NCBI GenBank assembly: GCA_965203635.1
Contig: OZ241903.1
Location: forward strand, 2,690,918 to 2,754,917
Source of the DNA: Candidatus Aldehydirespirator sp.
GTDB taxonomy: Bacteria > Actinomycetota > Acidimicrobiia > Acidimicrobiales > Aldehydirespiratoraceae
Direction of reading: 5' to 3'
Length of the DNA stretch: 64,000 nt
In this document: one piece after another, positions 57,197 through 64,000 of the stretch
Position numbering within the stretch: position 1 is the first letter of the stretch
Layout: every line of letters starts with the position of its first letter
Notes under the pieces: generated by a model
Seen by the model: only the letters and a program-made list of their open reading frames with translations
Told to the model about the DNA's origin: nothing
Database searches by the model: none
Translations under genes and position numbers: made by a program

Positions 57197-57758
57197 AAGC
57201 CCACTGCTGATCCCCTACCGGGGCGCGGTGCCCACCATCGGCAAGAACGTGTACATCGCCCCCAACGCCGCGGTCATCGGCGATGTCGTCATCGGCGACG
57301 AGTCCAGCATCTGGTTCGGAGCGACGGTGCGGGGCGACTTCGGTCCGATCCGCATCGGGGAGCGATGCTCGGTGCAGGACAGTGCCACCGTCCACGTGTT
57401 CCACACCGACTCGGGCCCGGTACCTACACAGATCGGCGACGACGTCACGATCGGCCACGGAGCGGTGATAGAAGGCTGCGTTGTGGGCGACGGGGTGCTG
57501 ATCGGCGCCAACGCCGTGCTGCTTCCGGGGGTGTCGGTGGGCGACGGATCGATCGTGGCTGCGTCGGCGCTGGTCAAAGGGGGCGAGCAGGTGCCCTCCG
57601 GTCACGTGGTCGCGGGTGTACCGGCCAAGGTGATCGGGCCGACCAGCGCCGAGTCGCGGTCTCTTGCCCGGTTCTCGGCCGCGGAGTATGTGGAGCTGCA
57701 GGCGGCCTATCGAGCCGGACAGAGCAGCCGGAATGCCATCGGGGGCCGCGGAGAATGA
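57186..57758 (+). CDS. Gamma-carbonic-anhydrase/PaaY-like hexapeptide-repeat protein
   Basis: Left-handed beta-helix repeats (VYIAPNAAVIGDVVIGDESSIWFGATVRGD...IGDDVTIGHGAVIEGCVVGDGVLIGANAVL). TTG start overlapping the upstream gene by 11 nt. Confidence 0.85.
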   Translation: MRNESPLLIPYRGAVPTIGKNVYIAPNAAVIGDVVIGDESSIWFGATVRGDFGPIRIGERCSVQDSATVHVFHTDSGPVPTQIGDDVTIGHGAVIEGCVVGDGVLIGANAVLLPGVSVGDGSIVAASALVKGGEQVPSGHVVAGVPAKVIGPTSAESRSLARFSAAEYVELQAAYRAGQSSRNAIGGRGE

Positions 57759-59098
57759 GCGGCGCGGGCCACTGGTCCAAAGCGGAGTCGATGGAGCCCG
57801 AGGAACTGCGCTGCCTCCAGGAAGAGAAGCTGAGAGCACAGCTCGCAAGGTTGTACCGGACCTCCGCCTTCTATCGCCGCAAGTTCGATGACGCCGGCGC
57901 AACGCCGTGCGACATCGTGACCTTCGAGGACCTCTCCGGCTTTCCTTTCACCGAGAAGCAGGAACTGAGGGACAGCCAGCGCGATCACCCGCCGTTGGGG
58001 GCGCACGCCGGCGTGGCCATGGCCGATGTAGCGAGAATCCATGCCACATCCGGAACTACGGGCACGCCCAGCTACATCGGCGTGACCGAGCACGACAGCG
58101 CGCTGTGGCGGGAGGCGGTGGCCCGCGCCTACTTCGCCCAGGGGGTCAGGTCCTCCTCGGTGGTGGTGATCGGCTTCGGCATCGGATTCTTCGTCGGGGG
58201 GCTGCCGGTGCCGCAGGCACTGGCAGCCATCGGGGCTACCGCGATCCCGGTGGGTGTCGGGGCCACCGACCGGCTCGTCAGTGCAGTCGCCGACCTGACG
58301 GCCGATGTGCTCACCTGCACACCGTCCTACGCCGCCCACATCGCCGATCACATCGCTTCTCACCGCGGAACGGACCCCTCGGAACTCGGGCTGAAGCGCA
58401 TCCTTGTGGGCGCCGAGCCGGGCGGGAGCATCCCGGCTGTGCGGGCCGCGCTCGAGCAGGCATGGAACGCCAAGGTCACCGAATCCGTCGGCAACGGCGA
58501 CGTGATCCCGATCCATTCGGGCGAGTGCGAGGCGCAGACCGGAAACCACTTCCTGGTGCCCGACATGGTGCTGCCCGAGATCATCGACCCCCACAGCGGC
58601 GCAGTCGTGGATGTCGGCTGCCGCCCGGTATGCGGAGAGCTGGTGCTCACCCACCTGGACCGACAGTGCGGAGCGCTGGTTCGGTTCCGAACCCGTGACC
58701 ATGTCGAGGTCCGTGGCGACCGGTGCGAGTGCGGCCGGACCGGCCCCAGAATGGTCTGTATCGGCCGGACCGACGACATGCTGCTGGTGCGGGGCGTCAA
58801 CGTGTGGCCGTCCGCGATCAAGGACGTCGTCACCGGTTTCGCGCCCCGGGTCACCGGCCATCTCCGGATCGCGCTCGACGGCGACGGGCATCATCACGAA
58901 CCTCCGCTGCATGTGGTCGTCGAAGCCGACCCCGACGCAATCAATCCCAGCGAGATCGAGGCAGCGCTGCGGGCGAGGCTGGTCGCGACCTGCTCTGTCT
59001 CCTTCGTCGCGCCCGGAACATTCCCCCGAACCCACGCCAAGGAGAGGCTCCTATGGCGACGCGACCTGGATCCCGACCCTCGCCGAGCCGGAGCGTGA
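57755..59098 (+). CDS. Phenylacetate-CoA ligase (PaaK)/F390-synthetase family adenylating enzyme
   Basis: FYRRKFDDAG, FPFTEKQELR and HATSGTTGTPS (adenylation P-loop), with length and layout typical of PaaK-like enzymes. ATG overlaps the upstream stop (ATGA). Confidence 0.85.
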   Translation: MSGAGHWSKAESMEPEELRCLQEEKLRAQLARLYRTSAFYRRKFDDAGATPCDIVTFEDLSGFPFTEKQELRDSQRDHPPLGAHAGVAMADVARIHATSGTTGTPSYIGVTEHDSALWREAVARAYFAQGVRSSSVVVIGFGIGFFVGGLPVPQALAAIGATAIPVGVGATDRLVSAVADLTADVLTCTPSYAAHIADHIASHRGTDPSELGLKRILVGAEPGGSIPAVRAALEQAWNAKVTESVGNGDVIPIHSGECEAQTGNHFLVPDMVLPEIIDPHSGAVVDVGCRPVCGELVLTHLDRQCGALVRFRTRDHVEVRGDRCECGRTGPRMVCIGRTDDMLLVRGVNVWPSAIKDVVTGFAPRVTGHLRIALDGDGHHHEPPLHVVVEADPDAINPSEIEAALRARLVATCSVSFVAPGTFPRTHAKERLLWRRDLDPDPRRAGA

Positions 59099-59102
59099 AC
59101 CG

Positions 59103-60284
59103 ATGACCGCCATGACCTTCGACAATGTGCGGATCCTTGACCGCAGCTACTGGTCGAGCCCCTTCCACCGCTGGCAGGGCGCATTCGCCGACGCGTCCCC
59201 GATCGAACTGGCAGCCGAGTGCGGCCGCAAGGCCGCTTCCTTGGGTCGCATCGACTTGGAGACCGTCGATCAACTCCACCTCGGCGTCACGATCCCCTCC
59301 CCCGCCGTCTTCTTCGGCGCGCCGCGCCTCGCTTCGCTGCTCGGCGCGCCCGCGACAGTCACCGGTCCCACCATCAGCCAGGCCTGTGCCACCTCGGCCG
59401 CAGTGCTGGCCAGCGCGGCTTCGGCCATCGACCTGGGAGACAGCCGCAGCGCGCTGGCGGTGTGCGCCGACCGAACCAGCAACGGACCCCACCTCTATTA
59501 CCCGCGCTCGTCGGCGGCCCCGGGCATCAGCGAGGACTGGGTGTGGGACAACTTCACCGATCCGGACCTGGGCCACCAGATGATCGCGACCGCCGAGAAC
59601 ATCGCGGCCGAGGGCGGCTTCACGCGACGTGACCAGGACCGGATGACCGTGCTGCGCCACGCCCAGTACGAGCAGGCTCTGGCGTCGGACCGGGCGTTCC
59701 AGCACCGCTACATGGTCGAGCCCGAAGTCGCTGCCAGCGGAGGCGCCGGCGGCGGCGACCGGGGACCCCGAGTGGCCACCGAGCAGACGGTCTCGGCCAA
59801 GAGATCGGTCGTGGCATCGGGAACGGTTACCCCACTGAGCCAGACGTTTCCCGCCGACGGCAACGCCGGCGTACAACTCGTCAGCAAAGATGTCGCCGCG
59901 GCCACTACTGGGACCAGCGTCCACTTGCTGGGCTACGCCACCGCCCGAGCCCGTCCGGCCTACATGGGCCAGGCGCCGGTCGCAGCCGCGCGCTCGCTGC
60001 TGGACCGGCTGTCGCTGGGTGCCGGCTCCATCGCCGCGGTCAAGACCCACAACCCCTTCGCAGTCAACGACGTCTACCTCTGCCGGGAACTCGACCTGGA
60101 ATGGGAGCAGGTGAACAACTACGGCAGCTCGCTCGTGTGGGGGCACCCGCAAGGACCAACCGGTCTGAGATCGGTGATCGAACTGATCGAGGAACTCCGC
60201 GCCGAAGGAGGCGGCTACGGGCTGTTCACCGGCTGCGCAGCCGGTGACACCGGAGCCGCGATCGTCGTGAGAGTCGATGCCTAG
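59103..60284 (+). CDS. Thiolase family protein (acetyl-CoA C-acyltransferase-like)
   Basis: Catalytic Cys context ISQACATSAAVL, GTVTPLSQTFPADGNAG, NNYGSSLVWGHPQGPTGLR (His) and FTGCAAGDTGAAIVV (second Cys). Confidence 0.8.
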   Translation: MTAMTFDNVRILDRSYWSSPFHRWQGAFADASPIELAAECGRKAASLGRIDLETVDQLHLGVTIPSPAVFFGAPRLASLLGAPATVTGPTISQACATSAAVLASAASAIDLGDSRSALAVCADRTSNGPHLYYPRSSAAPGISEDWVWDNFTDPDLGHQMIATAENIAAEGGFTRRDQDRMTVLRHAQYEQALASDRAFQHRYMVEPEVAASGGAGGGDRGPRVATEQTVSAKRSVVASGTVTPLSQTFPADGNAGVQLVSKDVAAATTGTSVHLLGYATARARPAYMGQAPVAAARSLLDRLSLGAGSIAAVKTHNPFAVNDVYLCRELDLEWEQVNNYGSSLVWGHPQGPTGLRSVIELIEELRAEGGGYGLFTGCAAGDTGAAIVVRVDA

Positions 60285-60978
60285 CGCCGCTGCCTCGCCG
60301 CTGCTGGTCGCCAGGAATCTGCGGGCCGCATACGGCCGTGTCCCGGTACTTCACGGCGTCTCGCTTCACGTGGGCCGGGCCGAGATCGTGGCGGTGATGG
60401 GACGCAACGGCGCGGGCAAGACGACGCTCGCCTCCGCGCTGGCGGGAACACTCCGGCCCAGCGCAGGCGAGGTTCTCCTCCACGGCCGGGACGTGACCGG
60501 CCACTCGGCCTCGGCCGTGGCCCGAGCCGGGATGGCCTGTGTACGCCAGGATCAGCCGCTGTTCGGCGAGCTCACGGTGGAGGAGAACCTGAGCCTGGCC
60601 GGTCTCGCCGGTTCCGCTAAGGAGGTCCTGTCGGTGTTTCCGGGAGTGTTCGAGGGCCGGGCTTCTCAGAGGGCGTCCACCCTTTCAGGGGGCGAGCAGA
60701 AGATGCTCGCCTCGGCGCGCTGCCTGTGTTCGGATCAGCCGCTCATGCTCTTCGACGAGCCGACCGAGGGTCTCCAGCCGGCCAACGTGTCCCACCTGAT
60801 GCGGCACATGGAAGCGGCACGGGCGAGGGGCTGCGGCGTGCTCCTGATCGAGCAGCACGCCGCGGCAGCGCTTGCGATCGCCGACCGCTACTGCGTCCTG
60901 GAGAAGGGCGAGATCGTTGCGGAGGGTGTCGCGGACGCCGAGGCGGCAGAGCACGTCTCGGCGCTACTGGCCGTGTAG
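60277..60978 (+). CDS. LIV-type ABC ATP-binding protein (LivF-like)
   Basis: Walker A GRNGAGKTT, signature LSGGEQKML, Walker B LMLFDEP. It overlaps the thiolase gene by 8 nt. Confidence 0.9.
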   Translation: MPSAAASPLLVARNLRAAYGRVPVLHGVSLHVGRAEIVAVMGRNGAGKTTLASALAGTLRPSAGEVLLHGRDVTGHSASAVARAGMACVRQDQPLFGELTVEENLSLAGLAGSAKEVLSVFPGVFEGRASQRASTLSGGEQKMLASARCLCSDQPLMLFDEPTEGLQPANVSHLMRHMEAARARGCGVLLIEQHAAAALAIADRYCVLEKGEIVAEGVADAEAAEHVSALLAV

Positions 60979-60986
60979 GGGCAGCC

Positions 60987-62345
60987 ATGACCGAACCATT
61001 CGAACTGCTGCTGGACGAGGCGCGGAGCATGCTGGACGCGGGCGAACTGTCGGCGCGGGAACTGACCGCCTCCTGTCTTGATCGAATCGAGGACCACGAA
61101 GCGGAGATAGGAGCCTTTGCCCGGGTGTTCGCCGACGAGGCCTTGGAACGCGCCGCCGAACTCGACGCGTCGCAGCCGCGTGGAACGCTGCACGGCATAC
61201 CGGTGGCGGTGAAGGACCTCATCGAGGTGGCCGGACATCCGACTGAGGCAGGCAGCCCGGCCTACTCGGGACACCTCTCCGGTGGTGACGCGGCAGTGGT
61301 GAGCATGCTCCGGCAGGCCGGCGCGATCATCATCGGCAAGACCAACACCCACGAGTTGGCCTTCGGCGTCTCGACCCCGTCCGCTCGCAATCCGTGGTCG
61401 CTTGACCGCATGACGGGCGGATCCTCCGGAGGCAGCGCAGCGGCCCTAGCCGCCGGGATGGTCCCGGCCGCTCTCGGCACCGACACGGGAGGATCGGTGC
61501 GCAACCCGAGCAGCTACTGCGGAACGGTCGGGCTGAAGACCACGCCCGGGCTGGTGTCACGCGACGGGCTGTTTATGCTCTCGACCCGCTACGACGTGAT
61601 CGGACCGATGACGCGCAGCTGTACCGACGCGCGCCGCTTGCTGACGGCGATGGTCGGCCCGAAGGCGGTCGGGCGGCTCGACGACCGCGGCGCGGGCGCT
61701 ACGGAGATTCTCGTCGGGTTGCCCGCGGCCCCATTCTACGAGGGCATGAACCTGGCCCCCGAGGTCGAGGCTGCGTACCAGAAGAAGGTCGAACAGCTGA
61801 TGACCACCGGCGCCTCGATGCGAGAGGTGTCTCCCCCCTCGCACTTGGAGCACAGCGGACCCGGCTCGGTGATAGTGGCTGCCGAGTCTCTCCATCAGCA
61901 CCGGCGCGTCCTCACTGAGACGCCTGAGCTGATTTCCGAGGACATCCTCGGGTTCATCTCGCTGGCCGACGGCTTGGCCGCAGCGGAGCTCGCAGCCGCC
62001 CATGCGGCCGTGAGCGGCTTGCAGCGGCAGTGGCTGAGCATCTTCGACGAAGTCGACTTCGTCGTCTGCCCGGTAACTCCCAACCATGTCCCGCCCCACG
62101 GTTTGAGCGAGCTGGCCGGCGTGCCGCTGATACCGGCCACCACACCGTTGACTTTCCCGATCAACGGCGCCGGGCTTGCCGCGCTGGCGATACCGGACGG
62201 GCCGGCCGGCGACGGCCTGCCCGTCGGGGTCCAGATCATCGGTCCGCCCGGCAGCGACCTCCGCCTGCTGGCCCTGGCCGAGCGACTGGAGCAGCAGGGC
62301 ATGATGTCGGCGCCGCTCGCCACTGTCGGAGGGAACTCCGGCTGA
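60987..62345 (+). CDS. Amidase signature (GatA-like) family amidase
   Basis: LHGIPVAVKDL, GKTNTHELAFG, and GGSSGGSAAALAAGMVPAALGTDTGGSVRNPSSYCG (Ser-cisSer-Lys signature). Confidence 0.9.
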   Translation: MTEPFELLLDEARSMLDAGELSARELTASCLDRIEDHEAEIGAFARVFADEALERAAELDASQPRGTLHGIPVAVKDLIEVAGHPTEAGSPAYSGHLSGGDAAVVSMLRQAGAIIIGKTNTHELAFGVSTPSARNPWSLDRMTGGSSGGSAAALAAGMVPAALGTDTGGSVRNPSSYCGTVGLKTTPGLVSRDGLFMLSTRYDVIGPMTRSCTDARRLLTAMVGPKAVGRLDDRGAGATEILVGLPAAPFYEGMNLAPEVEAAYQKKVEQLMTTGASMREVSPPSHLEHSGPGSVIVAAESLHQHRRVLTETPELISEDILGFISLADGLAAAELAAAHAAVSGLQRQWLSIFDEVDFVVCPVTPNHVPPHGLSELAGVPLIPATTPLTFPINGAGLAALAIPDGPAGDGLPVGVQIIGPPGSDLRLLALAERLEQQGMMSAPLATVGGNSG

Positions 62346-62379
62346 GATTGCGAGACTATTGGCAGACTTGGGCTGACTG

Positions 62380-63240
62380 ATGAGCGTTCCGTTCGATCAT
62401 CTCTCGCGTGCAGAACTGGACCGGCAGCTCTCGCCGAGCCTGTCGGCCCGGGACGCGGCCGGTGTCCTGCAGCGGCTCGAGACCGAGACGGCCGGCCTGT
62501 CCGGCGTGCCCGAGCTTGATTGCACGCTCGACATCGCCTACGGGCCCGGAGCGCGCCAACAGATGGACCTGTACCGGCCGACGGGCGCCGCCGGCCCGGT
62601 CGGCTGTCTCGTCTTCCTCCACGGCGGCTTCTGGCAGAGAGGCAGCAAGGCCTGGTCGGGCTTCCCGGCCCGCAGCCTGGCCGCCAACGGCTGGGCCCTC
62701 GCCGGGGTCGGCTACACCCTGGCCCCCGAGGCGAGCCTGGCCGCCATCGTCGATGAGGCCGCCCTGGCGCTCTCGACGCTCGCATCGAGAGCGGCCGAGT
62801 TCGGCCTCGACCGGGACCGGTTCGTGCTGGCCGGACACTCGGCCGGAGCCCATCTCACCGCCGCCGTTCTCACCGGTATGGGGGGCGAGCATGCCGCCCA
62901 GGTGCCGGTCAGAGCCCTGCTCGTCAGCGGCGTGTACGACCTCGCCCCCATTGCCGCGTCCTACGTCAACAACGCCGTCGGCATGGACGCGGCGGACGTC
63001 GCCCGGCTCTCACCGATCCACCGGCAGCCGCTGAAGGACCTGCCGGTGCGGCTGCTGATCGGCTCGGCGGAACCGGACGCGTTCCAGGCGCAGACCGAAG
63101 CGCTGCACACCGCTTGGAGCGAGCACCTGTCGCATCTGTCGGTGGAGGCCGTGGCGGGATGCGACCACTTCGACATCCTCGACCAGCTGAGCGACCCGGA
63201 CTCCCCCACCGGCCGGTTCATCCTGGACGACGAGCGCTAG
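62380..63240 (+). CDS. Alpha/beta hydrolase of the arylformamidase (AFMID/Bna7-type kynurenine formamidase) kind
   Basis: VFLHGGFWQRGSK oxyanion motif, nucleophile elbow AGHSAGAHL, and CDHFDI near the C-terminus. Confidence 0.7.
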   Translation: MSVPFDHLSRAELDRQLSPSLSARDAAGVLQRLETETAGLSGVPELDCTLDIAYGPGARQQMDLYRPTGAAGPVGCLVFLHGGFWQRGSKAWSGFPARSLAANGWALAGVGYTLAPEASLAAIVDEAALALSTLASRAAEFGLDRDRFVLAGHSAGAHLTAAVLTGMGGEHAAQVPVRALLVSGVYDLAPIAASYVNNAVGMDAADVARLSPIHRQPLKDLPVRLLIGSAEPDAFQAQTEALHTAWSEHLSHLSVEAVAGCDHFDILDQLSDPDSPTGRFILDDER

Positions 63241-63291
63241 TGGGTTGTCCATTGACGTTTCTTGGGACCGTGCCGGAAACCGGGCCATGTC

Positions 63292-63345
63292 GAGAATCTT
63301 GGTGCGACTTCTGCGGATGTGCCACACACTTTCGACCCGAGATCC
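63292..63345 (+). repeat. Family A palindromic element, single copy
   Basis: GAGAATCTTGGTGCGACTTCTGCGGATGTGCCACACACTTTCGACCCGAGATCC lies between convergent genes. Its reverse complement aligns with the 16.5-kb copies. Confidence 0.85.
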
Positions 63346-63379
63346 CTCAATCCGGGGTTCGTGGCCCGGCTGAGGCGGC

Positions 63380-64000
63380 TCAGAACGATGTGCGGATGGC
63401 CCAGAGGTCGGGGAACGCGGGCTGCATGATGGTGGTGCGCAGGTAGGCGGCCCCGTCTGAGCCGCCCGTGCCGTGCTTGGTGCCGATGGTGCGCTGCACC
63501 ATCATCACGTGGCGGTACCGCCACTCCATGAAGCCCTCGTCGAAGTCGGTCAGCAGCTCGCAGATCTCCAGCAGCGCCGGGTGGGACCGGTAGATCTCCA
63601 CCAGGGTGGCCTGCACCTCGGGCGAGGGCACGTGCGGGAGGGTCACGTCGCGCTCGACGACCTCCTCGGGGATGTCGAACCCGGCTCGGGCCAGGTAGCG
63701 CACGAAGGCGTCCCAGATGGTCGGCGCCTGAAGCCGGCGCTCCAGGCGCCGGCGGGCGTCCGGCTCGTGGTCGATGAGGTCGAGGTGGGCGGGGTCGAAC
63801 TGGCCGAGCAGCAGCTCGAGCTCTCGGAACTGCGACGACTGGAAGCCGCTGGCGCTCTCCAGGAACGGGCGGAAGGATGCGAACTCGAGCGGGGTCATGG
63901 TCTCGAGCACGTCGAGCTGGCTGACGAGGGTCTTGAGGATCTTGAGGACGCGCTTGAGCTGGTGGCTGCCTCTCGACGGAGCGTCGGCGCTGAGGTGGCG
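63380..64000 (-). CDS. kynA: Tryptophan 2,3-dioxygenase, C-terminal about 206 aa (N-terminus beyond the right edge)
   Basis: VLETMTPLEFASFRPFLESASGFQSSQFRELELLLG and WRYRHVMMVQRTIGTKHGTGGSDGAAYL. The frame stays open from 63910 up to position 64000 (...HQLKRVLKILKTLVSQLD). Confidence 0.9.
   Translation of the reverse strand, partial: RHLSADAPSRGSHQLKRVLKILKTLVSQLDVLETMTPLEFASFRPFLESASGFQSSQFRELELLLGQFDPAHLDLIDHEPDARRRLERRLQAPTIWDAFVRYLARAGFDIPEEVVERDVTLPHVPSPEVQATLVEIYRSHPALLEICELLTDFDEGFMEWRYRHVMMVQRTIGTKHGTGGSDGAAYLRTTIMQPAFPDLWAIRTSF

Noticed and set aside
59700-59830. Apparent Gly/Ala-rich insertion in the thiolase-like protein
   Set aside because: On closer reading, the segment ...VAASGGAGGGDRGPRVATEQTVSAKRS...GTVTPLSQTFPADGNAG aligns with the normal thiolase loop-domain region preceding the GTVTAGNSS motif. 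No true insertion can be claimed without an alignment.

Overview
This is a very GC-rich, gene-dense, chromosome-like window of actinobacterial type. Supporting traits are a furA-katG pair, F420-type luciferase-like oxidoreductases, many ATGA/GTGA start-stop overlaps and apparent leaderless promoters. I call about 58 CDS and find no rRNA, tRNA, CRISPR array, transposase or integrase.

Gene layout:
- 1-12.2 kb (minus strand): two sugar ABC importers with LacI and IclR regulators and an embedded glpK-glpD glycerol module.
- 12.3-23.7 kb: housekeeping and redox genes, namely an aldehyde dehydrogenase, a rhodanese, two LLM oxidoreductases, a pgsA-like gene, HIT, SRAP, NMO, selD, an aldolase and an MFS transporter.
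- 23.8-34.4 kb: a catabolic island with three tandem SDRs, an acyl-CoA dehydrogenase, an amidohydrolase, a GcvT-like methyltransferase, a Rieske oxygenase and an M24 hydrolase.
- 34.5-39.3 kb: furA-katG, an SDR and an epimerase.
- 39.3-40.1 kb: a small orphan two-ORF module and a GcvT C-terminal remnant.
- 40.1-52.4 kb (minus strand): a LysR-headed mosaic cluster. It holds a sugar-acid dehydratase, kynU, livFGMH plus binding protein, 3-hydroxyanthranilate dioxygenase, a DapA-like gene and an aldehyde dehydrogenase.
- 52.6-63.2 kb (plus strand): a MarR-headed operon in which a LIV-type ABC importer is interleaved with PaaY-like, PaaK-like, thiolase, amidase and kynurenine-formamidase genes.
- The window ends in a partial kynA.

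Most notable observations:
1. selD carries an in-frame TGA (selenocysteine) with a SECIS-like hairpin; the ORF track splits this gene.
2. The importer / CoA-ligase / thiolase / amidase / formamidase operon next to kynA is the best candidate for an undescribed uptake-coupled catabolic system.
3. Three families of short intergenic palindromic repeats are present. One of them occurs as an inverted pair flanking a 3.6-kb glpD-iclR-oxidoreductase cassette.
4. Three lipoprotein binding proteins carry long low-complexity spacers, one of them a roughly 110-residue Ala/Glu helix.
5. Several AT-rich palindromes look like operators.

All functional calls rest on motifs I can read in the translations. No database search was run.
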